NCBI GenBank assembly: GCA_963746845.1
Contig: CAVVCZ010000004.1
Coordinates: forward strand, 1,088,001 to 1,152,000
Origin: an uncultured Chloroflexia bacterium
GTDB taxonomy: Bacteria; Chloroflexota; Limnocylindria; Limnocylindrales; CSP1-4
Reading direction: 5' to 3'
DNA: 64,000 nucleotides
Shown in pieces: positions 48,363 to 60,300 of the stretch. The position numbers were made by a program, and so were the translations under genes. The stretch's first letter is position 1. Each line of letters opens with the position of its first letter. A model generated the notes under the pieces. It searched no databases, had not been told where the DNA came from, and saw only the letters and a program-made list of their open reading frames with translations.

Positions 48363-49166
48363 GTGATCCAGTTGACCCAGATCGCGCGCCGAGGGCGCAG
48401 CCCCGACTCGGCCGCCTTCCCGTTCGGTGTCCCGGCGATCGCGACCCTGCCGACCGTCGTCCTCGATCGGCCGGTCACGATCCTCGTCGGGGAGAACGGG
48501 TCCGGGAAGTCGACGCTCCTCGAGGCGCTGGCCATCGCGGCCCGCGCGACGACGGCCGGGACGACCGACGCCGCCGACGACACGACCCTGGCCGGCGTCC
48601 GGGCGCTCGCGGACGACCTCCGCCTGTCGTGGTCGACGCGCCGCCATCGCGGCTTCTTCCTCCGCGCCGAGGATTTCTTCGGGTTCGCCCGTCGGATCGC
48701 GGCCATGCGCGCGGATCTCGAGGCCGGGGTGGCGACGGTCGAGGCCGAGTTCGCCGACCGCGACGCCTACGCGCGCGGGCTCGCGCTGTCGCCGTACCTC
48801 AAGGAGCTCGGCGAGCTTCGGCGTCGATACGGTGACGGGATCGACACGCAGTCCCACGGCGAGGCGTTCCTCGCCTTCTTCCGCGACCGGTTCGTCCCCG
48901 GCGGGATCTACTTCCTCGACGAGCCGGAGGCGCCCCTGTCGCCGTTCCGCCAGCTGGCGTTCCTGGCCCTGGTCCGTGAGGCGGTCGCCGCCGACTGCCA
49001 GATCGTCATGGCGACCCACTCGCCGATCCTGCTGGCCTGTCCCGATGCGGCGATCTGGTCGTTCGACACCGCCCCGATCGGGCGTGTCGCGTACGAGGAC
49101 CTCGAGCACGTGACGCTGACCCGGGACTTCCTGAACGACCCGGACGCGTTCGTGCGGCATCTCTGA
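48363..49166 (+). CDS. Stand-alone ABC/AAA ATPase (COG3910-like)
   Basis: GENGSGKS, FFLRAE, SHGE, LDEPEAPLS, ATHSP. Confidence 0.88.
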   Translation: MIQLTQIARRGRSPDSAAFPFGVPAIATLPTVVLDRPVTILVGENGSGKSTLLEALAIAARATTAGTTDAADDTTLAGVRALADDLRLSWSTRRHRGFFLRAEDFFGFARRIAAMRADLEAGVATVEAEFADRDAYARGLALSPYLKELGELRRRYGDGIDTQSHGEAFLAFFRDRFVPGGIYFLDEPEAPLSPFRQLAFLALVREAVAADCQIVMATHSPILLACPDAAIWSFDTAPIGRVAYEDLEHVTLTRDFLNDPDAFVRHL

Positions 49167-49183
49167 CCGGTATCCTCCGGGTC

Positions 49184-50092
49184 GTGCCTGCCGCTGGTTC
49201 CGCCGCCCGTCCATCTGCGCGCCCGAGCCCGTTGATCTCCGCCGACGAGCTGCTCGGGCTGCTGTCCGGGGACCCCGATCACGTCCGGATCGTCGACTGC
49301 CGCTGGTATCTCGGTCGGCCGGGCGACGGGCGGGCGGCCTGGGCGGCTGGACATCTGCCCGGGTCGATCCATCTCGACCTCGACGACGACCTCGCGGACC
49401 TCGCGGGGTTCGGGGCTCCGGGCCGGCATCCCCTCCCCTCGCCCTCGGCATTCGCGACCCGGCTGGGTCGGGCGGGCATCGGCGACGAGCACCTGGTCGT
49501 CGCGTATGACGACGTCGGCGGCTGGGTCGCGGCGCGGCTCTGGTGGATGCTCGACACCATGGGGCACCGGGAGGTCGCGGTCCTCGACGGCGGCATCGAG
49601 GCGTGGACGGCGGCGGGCGGTGCGCTCACGACGCGCGATCCGGTCCTGCCGGCGGCGTCGCTCCACCTCGCCGACGCGTGGTCCGGCGTGATCTCGCGCG
49701 AGGAGCTGAAGGCGCGGCTGGGCTCGGTCGTGCTGCTCGACGCCCGCGCCGCCCCGCGGTATCGCGGCGAGACCGAGCCGATCGACCCCGTCGCGGGCCA
49801 CATCCCGACCGCCCGGAACGCCCCGGTCGACGGGAACCTGGTGGACGGCCACTTCCGTCCGGCCGCGGAGCTCGCGGAGCGGTTCCGCGCTCTCCGGGCC
49901 GACGGGTCGGAGGGCGAGGTCGTGACCTCGTGCGGAAGCGGGACATCCGCGCTCCACCACGCGATCGCGATGCGGCTCGCGGGCCTGCCGGACCCGATCC
50001 TGTATGTGGGCTCCTACAGCGACTGGTCCCGCTCGGGCGAACCGGTCGCCACGGGCCCGGAGCCCGGTGAGCCCCCGCGAACCGCCGGATAA
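49184..50092 (+). CDS. Tandem-rhodanese sulfurtransferase (SseA-like)
   Basis: GHLPG, GRHPLP, LDGG, GHIP, SCGSG, YVGSYSDW. Confidence 0.92.
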   Translation: MPAAGSAARPSARPSPLISADELLGLLSGDPDHVRIVDCRWYLGRPGDGRAAWAAGHLPGSIHLDLDDDLADLAGFGAPGRHPLPSPSAFATRLGRAGIGDEHLVVAYDDVGGWVAARLWWMLDTMGHREVAVLDGGIEAWTAAGGALTTRDPVLPAASLHLADAWSGVISREELKARLGSVVLLDARAAPRYRGETEPIDPVAGHIPTARNAPVDGNLVDGHFRPAAELAERFRALRADGSEGEVVTSCGSGTSALHHAIAMRLAGLPDPILYVGSYSDWSRSGEPVATGPEPGEPPRTAG

Positions 50093-50115
50093 GTCGGCCC
50101 GCCGATCATGCACCG

Positions 50116-50769
50116 ATGGCGACCAGACGGAGACCCGCGGACATCGGGATCGAACGTGGCAGATTCCTCCTCGGCGGTCTGACCCGCGAGGAGACCCTCG
50201 CCCGGCGCGACCGCGGACTCACGATCGCCGACGTAACTCGGGCGATTGGCCTGTCTCCGTCCATGGGCAGCCGGATCGAGCGCGGTCGTGTTCCCGATGT
50301 CGGGATCGTCCGGTTGTCGGCCATGCTTGCCGTCGTCGGCCTGGAGCTCTCTGCACGGGCGTTTCCGGGCGGCTCACCGATGCGTGACGCAGCCCACGCG
50401 TCGTTGTTGACTCGATTCCGGGCGTCCCTTCATCCGGGCATCCGATGGAGCCTGGAGGTTCCGCTGCCGGGACGCGGCGACCAGCGGGCCTGGGACGGGC
50501 TGATCCGCGGCGATGGTTGGATGTACGGCATCGAGGCCGAGACGCACCCCACCGACGCGCAGGCCCTCCTGAGGAGGGTCGAGCTCAAGGTCCGCGACAG
50601 CGGGATCGACGGCGCCTTCCTCGTGGTCCCGCCGACCCGCCACGTCCGCGCTTTCCTCGCGGCCGCCGGCGACGTCCTCGAGCCAGCCTTCCCGGTGCCC
50701 GGACGGCGTGCTGTCGAGCTGCTCCGGGCGGGGGTGAACCCTGCTGGCGGGGCGGTCGTCGTGATCTGA
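50116..50769 (+). CDS. XRE-HTH protein fused to a putative PD-(D/E)XK-like domain
   Basis: GLTIADVTRAIGLSPSMGSRIERG HTH; C-terminal E..WDG..IEAET..D pattern. Confidence 0.7.
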   Translation: MATRRRPADIGIERGRFLLGGLTREETLARRDRGLTIADVTRAIGLSPSMGSRIERGRVPDVGIVRLSAMLAVVGLELSARAFPGGSPMRDAAHASLLTRFRASLHPGIRWSLEVPLPGRGDQRAWDGLIRGDGWMYGIEAETHPTDAQALLRRVELKVRDSGIDGAFLVVPPTRHVRAFLAAAGDVLEPAFPVPGRRAVELLRAGVNPAGGAVVVI

Positions 50770-50781
50770 GGACGGTCGCGG

Positions 50782-50975
50782 CGTTTGCATCCCATGCACA
50801 CGTCGGTGGCCGGACTCCCCGGCGCCCTCATCGCCCGGCCCGATCGTTGCGTGGGGCGAACGAACCCGACCGAATTCGCGGCGAACCCACGGCACGCGTC
50901 GGCATCGTGCATCGGTAGCACGTCCAGTTGCGGGCTAGCGGCTCCGGCCCCCGACGTTTGCACCTGGTGCATGCG
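50782..50975. repeat. REP/REPIN-like inverted doublet
   Basis: About 33-bp imperfect inverted repeats at 50782-50814 and 50943-50975, each with a TGCA-N5-TGCA core; third related core near 50908. Confidence 0.65.
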
Positions 50976-51043
50976 TAACCGGCGGCGCGCCGCGGGGCGA
51001 CGCCCGGCACCGGCGCCGCACTACCGCGGCTGCGGCGGGGACC

Positions 51044-52780
<1,737 letters not shown>

Positions 52781-52856
52781 CAGTGCCCTCCAGGTTCGAG
52801 GTTGAGAAGGAACGTCGTGGAGAAGAGACGATCACTGCGTTCGTCGCGCATGGATG

Positions 52857-54764
52857 TCATGCACGCACGAGGACGGTTGCCTGTTCGATCTGGCGATCGA
52901 CGGCCCGTCGTGATTCGTTGGTCTGACGCTGGAGATCGAGCAGACGGGTCACGTTCTCGCGATCGCCACGGCCCTCGGCCGAGAGGATCTCGGCGGCGAC
53001 CCAGTCGGCCCGCTCGTCGAGCCGGAGACGCTCGAGGCGCATCAGGCAGCGGTCGACCGCATAGGTGATCCGGTCCGCCCCGATGACGCCGAGGTCCGGC
53101 GACGGGCGGGCGAGGATCGCCTGGGCGAGGGCGCGGATCTCGTCGTCCAGGCCGGCCATCAATGCCGACATCGAGAACGGCGGATGGATGCCCTGGTCGT
53201 TCGAATCGCGCTGGAGGACGATCGCCCGGTACAGCTCCCGGGCCGGGGTCGACGGCAGCTGGTCGGGACCGAGCTCGTCGGCGACGCGGAGCTGCTGGTC
53301 CGGGACGAGCAGGATCAGGCGGAGCAGCTCCTCCTCGACGGGCGTGATCGCCGCGAGGATCCGGTCGACCGGGAGCGCGTCCGCAGCGCCGATGACCGCG
53401 TCGGCGGTGATCCGGCCCTGGACGGCGGCGGCCTGCGGGCTCCGGTGCAGAACCTCGAGCACCGACCGCTCCTCCACCCCGGACACGCGGTGGATCGTCT
53501 GGAGGTACGCGTCGCGCATCACCGGGTTCGGGATGGCCCGGAGCGTCGGCACGATCGCGTCGACGAAGCGGGCCTTGCCGCCGGGCGTCTTCAGGTCGAC
53601 GGCGCGGGCGTGCTGGTCGATCAGGTAGTCGACGATCGGCTGGGCCGTCCGGACCTCCTCGCGCCACCGGTCGGGTGTCTCGCGCAGGACCTCGTCGGGG
53701 TCCTTGCCGTCCGGCAGCCGGACCACCCGGACCTCGTCGAGCTCGACCCCCGTGTCGGCGGCGGCCAGTTGCGGAATGATCGACTCCAGGGCGTTGACCC
53801 CGAAGGTGCCCGCCTTCTCGCCGGCGGCATCGACGTCGTACGCCAGCGCGATCTTCTTCGCGTACCGCGTGATCACGGCGACCTGGCCGGGCGTCAGCGC
53901 CGTGCCGAGCGACGCGACGACGTTGTCGAAGCCGACCTGGTGGGCCATCAGCGCGTCCGTGTAGCCCTCGACGATCACCGCCTGGTTGGTCTTCCGCATC
54001 GGTCCCTTCGCGCGGTCGATCAGGTATAGCGTCCGGCTCTTGTCGAAGAGCGGCGTCGCGGGCGAGTTCAGGTACTTCGGGCCATGATCGCGGCCGTCGT
54101 CGGCCGACGCGAGGATCCGGCCACCGAGCCCGACGGCGGAGCCGTTCATGTCCCGGATCGGGAAGATCACCCGCTCGCGGAAGCGGTCGTAGACACCGCC
54201 GCGCGCCGACTGGCGCGGCTGGGCGAGACCCGCCTCGACCAGGTCATCCGCGCCGATCTGTCGCTTCGTCGCGAGCGTCCGCGCGAGAGTGTCCCAGCCG
54301 CCGGGCGCGTAGCCGAGCTGATGGGTCGTGATCGTGTCGTCCGTGAACCCGCGGCCACGGAGATAGTCGAGCGCCTCCTGACCCGCCTTCGAGCCGGTCA
54401 GGACCGCGTGATAGAAGGCGATCGCCGACTCCATGACCGTGCGGAGCCGCGCCCGCCGGGCGTCCTCGCGCGTCGTCCGCTCGTCGAGCTCGACGCCGGC
54501 CTTGGCGGCGAGGACCTTGAGCGCCTCCGGGAAGGTCAGCGAGTCGCGCTTCATGACGAAGTTGAAGACGTCGCCGCCCTCGCCGCAGCCGAAGCACTTC
54601 CACGACTCCCGGGCCGGGGTCACCGTGAACGACGGGGTCTTCTCGCCGTGGAACGGGCAGAGGCCCTTGTAGGTCGAGCCCGCCTTCTTCAGCTGGACCG
54701 TCTCGCCGACAACGTCGACGACGCTCAGCTTGCTCTTGATCTCGGCGGTGACCCCGACCGACAA
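52857..54764 (-). CDS. dnaG: DNA primase
   Basis: CPFH...CFGC zinc finger, KYLNSP, VEGYTD, YDVD, KDPD; SD AGGAGG before TTG. Confidence 0.97.
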   Translation of the reverse strand: MSVGVTAEIKSKLSVVDVVGETVQLKKAGSTYKGLCPFHGEKTPSFTVTPARESWKCFGCGEGGDVFNFVMKRDSLTFPEALKVLAAKAGVELDERTTREDARRARLRTVMESAIAFYHAVLTGSKAGQEALDYLRGRGFTDDTITTHQLGYAPGGWDTLARTLATKRQIGADDLVEAGLAQPRQSARGGVYDRFRERVIFPIRDMNGSAVGLGGRILASADDGRDHGPKYLNSPATPLFDKSRTLYLIDRAKGPMRKTNQAVIVEGYTDALMAHQVGFDNVVASLGTALTPGQVAVITRYAKKIALAYDVDAAGEKAGTFGVNALESIIPQLAAADTGVELDEVRVVRLPDGKDPDEVLRETPDRWREEVRTAQPIVDYLIDQHARAVDLKTPGGKARFVDAIVPTLRAIPNPVMRDAYLQTIHRVSGVEERSVLEVLHRSPQAAAVQGRITADAVIGAADALPVDRILAAITPVEEELLRLILLVPDQQLRVADELGPDQLPSTPARELYRAIVLQRDSNDQGIHPPFSMSALMAGLDDEIRALAQAILARPSPDLGVIGADRITYAVDRCLMRLERLRLDERADWVAAEILSAEGRGDRENVTRLLDLQRQTNESRRAVDRQIEQATVLVRA

Positions 54765-54842
54765 GCCGTCCTCCTGCCCTCGCGGGCTCGCCCCGGACCT
54801 CGTCGCGTCATGCAGCGCGGCCCGGCGCCGGACATGACTGTG

Positions 54843-54917
54843 GGCTTGTCAAGACTTGACAAGCCACTCGAGCGGATCATACCACCCGGTTGTCAATACT
54901 GGTGGAGGGTATTGACA
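54843..54917. promoter_or_regulatory. Two operator-like inverted repeats flanking an extended -10 of dnaG
   Basis: GGCTTGTCAAG-A-CTTGACAAGCC and TGTCAATAC-N9-GTATTGACA; TGgTATGAT on the minus strand at 54876-54884. Confidence 0.6.
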
Positions 54918-55068
54918 GGTTCAGTCCGAGTGCCGAGGCCGTCGTGGGGCGGAAGACACACCACTGCCGTGTCTCGAGGTCCGTGGCGGACGTATCGTTG
55001 ACGCCCAGCTCGGCGCACCACGGACTTCACCGGGCAGGTTCATCGCGGCGCGGGCAACTGAGGCGACG

Positions 55069-56361
55069 ATGGAGACGGAACTGGCGCTCCTCGCGTTGCT
55101 GGTCGCCGGCTATGCGCTCATCGCGGCCCGCCTCGACCGACTGTCGGTTGGGCCGGCGCTCGCCTTCATGGCCATCGGCATCCTTCTGGCCGATGACGTT
55201 CTTGGGCCGATCTCGTTCGAGCCCCAGGCCGAACCGCTCAGGGTCCTCGCCGAGGCGACACTGACGCTGATCTTGTTCGCCGACGCCTCCACGATCCGGG
55301 CACGGGCCTTGCGTCATGATGCTGCCCCCGTCGCGCGACTGCTGATCATCGGGTTGTTGCTCACGATCACGCTCGGGACCGTTGCCGCGCTCCTGTTGTT
55401 TCCCGGCACTCCATTGGGCATCGCCATGCTCATCGGCGCCGCCCTGGCGCCGACCGACGCGGCCCTCGGCCAACCGGTCGTCACGAACCCGGTCGTGCCC
55501 GCGCGGATCCGACGCCTGTTGAACGTCGAGAGTGGCCTCAACGACGGGATCGCGACTCCGTTCGTGTTCCTGGCGCTTGCCCTGTCGACCACGGAAGGGA
55601 CAGGTGGCTCTGGCTGGCTGGTCGAGGCGCTGACCGAGACGACGGTCGGCATCGTCATCGGCGTCGCCGCCGGTTTCGCCGGTGGGTCCCTGCTGCGCAT
55701 CGCCGATCGGCTGCGATGGACATCCGGTGTCTCGCGTCAACTCTTCGTGCTTGCCTTGGCGGTTGCGTGTTACCTGGTGGCCGTCAGCGTCGGCGGGAAC
55801 GGGTTCATCGCCGCGTTCGTCGGCGGCCTGGCCTTCGCTGGAGGCAGCCTATGGCGCGAGGAGAGCGCTGTGGAGTTCACCGAGACGCAGGGATCGCTGC
55901 TCGCGATCGGCGTGTGGATCGCGTTCGGCCTCACCCTCGCCGGCAGGCTCCTGACCGATCTGTGGGACCCGGCCGCGATCGCATATGCGGTCCTCAGCCT
56001 CACCGTCATCCGCCTGCTGCCGGTCGGGATCGCCCTCGTGGGCACGCGCTTCAGGCCATCGACCGTCCTGTTCATCGGTTGGTTCGGCCCGCGCGGCCTG
56101 GCCTCGATCGTGTTCCTCATCGTCGGCCTCGAAGGCCTGCAGGAGGCCGGCGTCGAGCCCGGCCCATTCGGTGCCGCGGTGGCGTGGACCGTGCTTCTGT
56201 CGGTCATCGCGCACGGGCTCAGCGCGGGGCCGCTCGCCGAGCGGTACGGCCGGCGCGCGACGGAGCTGCCGCCGGACGCGCCCGAGCGCGAAGACGCGAT
56301 CGAACCGAAACCGGCGCGCGTCCCGTGGGCCGGCGAGCGGCCGATGGGACCGCTGGCGTAA
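55069..56361 (+). CDS. Cation:proton antiporter (CPA1/NhaP family)
   Basis: LAPTDAALG, ESGLNDG, GWFGPRGLAS. Confidence 0.92.
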   Translation: METELALLALLVAGYALIAARLDRLSVGPALAFMAIGILLADDVLGPISFEPQAEPLRVLAEATLTLILFADASTIRARALRHDAAPVARLLIIGLLLTITLGTVAALLLFPGTPLGIAMLIGAALAPTDAALGQPVVTNPVVPARIRRLLNVESGLNDGIATPFVFLALALSTTEGTGGSGWLVEALTETTVGIVIGVAAGFAGGSLLRIADRLRWTSGVSRQLFVLALAVACYLVAVSVGGNGFIAAFVGGLAFAGGSLWREESAVEFTETQGSLLAIGVWIAFGLTLAGRLLTDLWDPAAIAYAVLSLTVIRLLPVGIALVGTRFRPSTVLFIGWFGPRGLASIVFLIVGLEGLQEAGVEPGPFGAAVAWTVLLSVIAHGLSAGPLAERYGRRATELPPDAPEREDAIEPKPARVPWAGERPMGPLA

Positions 56362-56492
56362 CGGCCCGCGCACTCCCTCGAGAGCATCGCTGCCGCTTCA
56401 CGCTCGAGATCAACGTACGGCTCGCCGCTGACATCCAGCGCGCACCCGACCACGACGCGCCCCGGCCCCCCGCGGGGCGGCACAATGCCGCG

Positions 56493-58130
56493 ATGGGAGG
56501 AACGCGCACCCAGACAGTCGCCCGGCGGATGCCCGCGTTCCTGAGCGACCTGTGGGCCGAGCCGGAAGCCTTCCGGACCCTGCTCGTCGCCGCCGCATCA
56601 CTCGGCGCCGTCGGCCTGAATCCTCCGGTCACGTCGCCCGCGCTGCCGAACATCCAGGCGACGATCCGCGCCCAACCCGAGGTCAACACCCTCGTCCTGC
56701 TGATGACGCTCGTCGCCGCGGGCCTGCTCTTCGTCGGAGGCATCCTGGGCGACACCGACGGGCGGCGCAGGATCCTGCTCGGCGCCCTCGGTGTACTCGC
56801 GATCGCGAACGCCGTCGGCCCGATCGTCCCGGACGGCGTGCCGTTCATGCTCGACCGCCTGGCGAGCGCCGCGGCGGCGTACACCGCGCTGCCGTTCGCG
56901 CTGGCCCTCGTTGCGACGACCTATCAGGGTCTGCTCCGGGCGACGGCGATCGGGGTGGCCTACGCCGCCTACGCCGGCGGGACCGCCATTGCCCCGGTCC
57001 TCGTGACGATCCTCGGACCGGGTGGCCCGATGTGGCCCGCGTTCCTCATCGGCGCAGCGGCGGCCGCCCTCGCGTTCTGGTTCGCGCGGCCGCGGGCCCG
57101 GAACCTGGCCGCGATCGCCCACGACGATCGACGGTACGTGGTCACGACGGCGATCTGGGCCTTCGCGATCGTCATGGTCACCGCGGGCCTCGTGGATCTC
57201 GGGAACCGAGCCGGCGCCGCTGTCCGGATCGGGCTCGTCGCGATGGGTCTGGCGTTGGCCGTTGCCGTCATCCTCTGGGAGCGCCGGCACCATGTCGGAC
57301 CGTCCGGCAATCGCGTGCTCCGCCGCCCGGTGGCCGTCGCGATCGCGGTCGGCGTCGTCGTCAGCTTCGCCCAGGCGGCCCCGCTCTTCCAGCTGCCGAT
57401 CTTCTTCTATCTCGTGCTCCGCTACGGGTCCGTCCTCGCCGCGCTCGCCACGGCGCCATTCATCATCGCGCTCGTGATCGCAGGCCCCGTGGCGGGCGTG
57501 CTGCTGACGAGGTTCGGGCCGCGCACGCTTGTCGCCGGCGGCGCCGCGGCGGTCGGGCTCGGCAATGTCTTCGCGGCAACCGTCCTTGGACGGGACGTCG
57601 CCTACGCGGCGATGATCGTGCCGCTGGTCCTGATCGGGGCGGGGTTCGTGATCGCGACGACGGTCCGAACGGCGATCATCTTCGCGAGCGTGTCACGCGG
57701 CCTCCCGGCGACCGCGGCGGCCCTGAATGAGGCATCCGTGCTGGTCGGCAGCCGGATCGGGCTCGCCGCGCTGACCGCCCTGATCACCCAGCGGGCCCTC
57801 GACGTCTACGCGAGCACCCTGACAGGCCTCGATCCTGCCCAGCAGCAGAGCGCGATCGGAGCCTTCCGGGACGTCCTCGTCGCGATCGGGATGCCGGGCT
57901 TCTACCAGATCGCGAGCTCGCTGAGCCCGGTGGACGTGGCGTCCTACATCGCCGCCATCGTGGAGGCGTACCGGGAGAGCCTGTTCGGCACCGGCCTGTT
58001 GGCGCTGGCCGCCGCCCCGATCGCGTGGATCGCCCTCGGCCGGCGCGACCCGCTGACGACCGTCTGGGACCACCTCGACGAGCGGCCGGAGGGCGCGCCG
58101 GCGGCCCCGGCCGCCGCCGCCTCCGACTGA
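56493..58130 (+). CDS. MFS transporter (DHA2-like)
   Basis: GILGDTDGRRR motif A, RFGPR repeat, many TM helices. Confidence 0.8.
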   Translation: MGGTRTQTVARRMPAFLSDLWAEPEAFRTLLVAAASLGAVGLNPPVTSPALPNIQATIRAQPEVNTLVLLMTLVAAGLLFVGGILGDTDGRRRILLGALGVLAIANAVGPIVPDGVPFMLDRLASAAAAYTALPFALALVATTYQGLLRATAIGVAYAAYAGGTAIAPVLVTILGPGGPMWPAFLIGAAAAALAFWFARPRARNLAAIAHDDRRYVVTTAIWAFAIVMVTAGLVDLGNRAGAAVRIGLVAMGLALAVAVILWERRHHVGPSGNRVLRRPVAVAIAVGVVVSFAQAAPLFQLPIFFYLVLRYGSVLAALATAPFIIALVIAGPVAGVLLTRFGPRTLVAGGAAAVGLGNVFAATVLGRDVAYAAMIVPLVLIGAGFVIATTVRTAIIFASVSRGLPATAAALNEASVLVGSRIGLAALTALITQRALDVYASTLTGLDPAQQQSAIGAFRDVLVAIGMPGFYQIASSLSPVDVASYIAAIVEAYRESLFGTGLLALAAAPIAWIALGRRDPLTTVWDHLDERPEGAPAAPAAAASD

Positions 58131-58155
58131 CCTTGCGCGGTCGGGGACGGCCGCG

Positions 58156-58638
58156 CTACGACGTTGCGCGGACGAACGTCAGCGACGTTGGCTGAGTCCC
58201 GGGCGCATTCATGACCAGGGTGTCGCCGGTGACGGTGTACTGGCTCGCCAGGGCGAGCGCCTGGAGGTATGCGGCCTCGATCGTGGAGCCGGGCTCGGGG
58301 CACTGGACCTTCGTCGACTGGACCTGGTCGAAGTGGATCGTCTTGTCGGTGATGACGGCGATGGCGGTGAACGTGTTGCAGCCGGCATTCCCGCGTGCGG
58401 CGTTCCCATCGAACGTGATGTCCGGAAGGATGGCCGCCGGGACGTTCTGCTGCACGCCACCGGGCCCCGTATAGCTCGTGAGGATCCACCGGCCGTCGAG
58501 GGCGGACCCGCCGCTCGCCCCGGCTGACGGCGAGGGCGTGGCCGAGCTGCCGCACGCCATCACGAGCATGGCGACGATCAGGCCGAGGGCCACGATCATC
58601 GCTGCGCCCGGCCGGCGCTTCGGCATCTGAGCCATCAC
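58156..58638 (-). CDS. META-domain lipoprotein
   Basis: Lipobox VMAC; GNAGCNTF, STKVQC; SD AAGGAGG. Confidence 0.85.
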   Translation of the reverse strand: MMAQMPKRRPGAAMIVALGLIVAMLVMACGSSATPSPSAGASGGSALDGRWILTSYTGPGGVQQNVPAAILPDITFDGNAARGNAGCNTFTAIAVITDKTIHFDQVQSTKVQCPEPGSTIEAAYLQALALASQYTVTGDTLVMNAPGTQPTSLTFVRATS

Positions 58639-58779
58639 TCACGTCCCTCCTTTGCGAGCGCGCCGCGCGGGCGCCGAGCGGATCGTACCGCGCCGCGCCA
58701 GTCGCGCGTCCCCGTGCCGGCCAACGGCCTGCCCAAATCGGGCCATTCGGCAGGTGGCGCAACGAGCCGTCCGACCGGA

Positions 58780-58804
58780 AACTCGTATCAACTTGATATG
58801 AGTT
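58780..58804. promoter_or_regulatory. Probable Rrf2-family operator upstream of nirK
   Basis: AACTCGTATCAA-C-TTGATATGAGTT, 12-1-12 inverted repeat with one mismatch; AT-rich in a GC-rich background. Confidence 0.7.
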
Positions 58805-58845
58805 CCTGCAGTGGCTCCGGCCCGACCGGAGCAAGGAGCGCTCCG

Positions 58846-60297
58846 ATGAGTCGCCAACGAATCCTTTCCGTCGTCCTCGGCCTCGGTCTGCTCGCCGGCT
58901 GTGCCGCCCCGGCCCGTCAGGCGCCGAACGGGATCCCGAACGCTACACCCTTGCCGCAGGGCGCAGCCGTCGACGCCGCAGCCCCGACCGGCAGCGACAT
59001 GGCCGGCATGGCCGGCATGGGCGGGGGAACCGGCACGACGGGGTCGTCCGGAGCGGGGGCTGTTGCCGCGGTGGCCGAAGGCGGGACAATCGCGGTCGAG
59101 GCCTTCGATCTCGGGTTCACGCCCGCGAAGCTCGACGTCGCGAAGCCCGGGACCTATCCGGTGACGTTCAAGAACACCGGATCGACGACCCACGACATGA
59201 CGTTCGCCGACGGGACGAAGCTGACGGCGGAGGCCGGCGCGACCGTCACGGGAACGGTCGCGGTGCCCGCCCAGGGGATCACGTTCCTGTGCTCGATCCC
59301 CGGTCACGCGGCTGCCGGCATGACCGGGTCGGTCCTCGTGTCGGGGTCGGCCCCGGCAACCGCGACCGCCTCGGGCGCCCCATCGACCGCGACGTCAGGC
59401 GCGGCGCCCGTCGAGGACCCGAGTGCTCCGCCATCCATCCTCCGAGACCCTGCCGCACCGCCCGTCCTGTCGGGCACCACCCATGACGTCACGCTGCCGA
59501 TCGTCGAGCGCGACGTGACGGTCGCGAAGGGCTTCGTCGTCCACGCCTGGACGTTCGGCGGCACCGTCCCCGGACCCACCATCCGGGTCCACCTCGGGGA
59601 CACCGTGCGGGTCCACCTCACGAACGAGGGGACCATGAGCCACTCGATCGACTTCCATGCGAGCCAGACGGCGATGAACGATCAGATGGTCGAGATCAAG
59701 CCCGGCGACAGCTTCACCTACACGTTCAAGGCGGACTACGCCGGCGTCTGGATGTATCACTGCGGCACGGCGCCCGCCCTGCATCACATCGCGAACGGGA
59801 TGTTCGGCATGGTGATCGTCGAGCCGAAGGGCGGGTTCACACCGGTGGACCAGGAGGTCGCGCTCGTCCAGAGCGAGTGGTACCTCGGCGCGCAGGGGCA
59901 GCCCGTCGACTACGCCAAGGCCAGCGTTGGCGCGCCGGCACCCGACTTCGTGGTGTTCAACGGCATCGCCAACCAGTACAAGGACCACCCGGTCCAGGTC
60001 ACCACGAAGGGACGCGTGCGGGTCTTCGTCCTCGACGCCGGGCCGAACATCGACAGCTCGTTCCACGTGGTCGGCACGATCTTCGACACGGTCGTCAAGG
60101 AGGGGATCGTCCTCGCGAAGGGGAACCCCGAAGGCTGGGGCAGCCAGGCGGTCGACCTGGCGCCGGCCCAGGGTGCGATCATCGAGTTCAGCCCACGCGA
60201 GGACGGGATGTACCCCTTCGTCACCCACGCGTTCAACTTCGTCGGGCGCGGCGCCGTCGGCCTGTTCATGGCCGGCGACGGCGACCCGAAGAACTGA
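58846..60297 (+). CDS. nirK: Copper nitrite reductase, lipoprotein with an extra N-terminal cupredoxin
   Basis: LAGC lipobox; cupredoxin H..CSIPGH..GM; core HSIDFH, YHC, H..GM, SSFHVVG, VTH (type 1/type 2 Cu ligands and catalytic Asp/His). Confidence 0.88.
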   Translation: MSRQRILSVVLGLGLLAGCAAPARQAPNGIPNATPLPQGAAVDAAAPTGSDMAGMAGMGGGTGTTGSSGAGAVAAVAEGGTIAVEAFDLGFTPAKLDVAKPGTYPVTFKNTGSTTHDMTFADGTKLTAEAGATVTGTVAVPAQGITFLCSIPGHAAAGMTGSVLVSGSAPATATASGAPSTATSGAAPVEDPSAPPSILRDPAAPPVLSGTTHDVTLPIVERDVTVAKGFVVHAWTFGGTVPGPTIRVHLGDTVRVHLTNEGTMSHSIDFHASQTAMNDQMVEIKPGDSFTYTFKADYAGVWMYHCGTAPALHHIANGMFGMVIVEPKGGFTPVDQEVALVQSEWYLGAQGQPVDYAKASVGAPAPDFVVFNGIANQYKDHPVQVTTKGRVRVFVLDAGPNIDSSFHVVGTIFDTVVKEGIVLAKGNPEGWGSQAVDLAPAQGAIIEFSPREDGMYPFVTHAFNFVGRGAVGLFMAGDGDPKN

Positions 60298-60300
60298 GCG

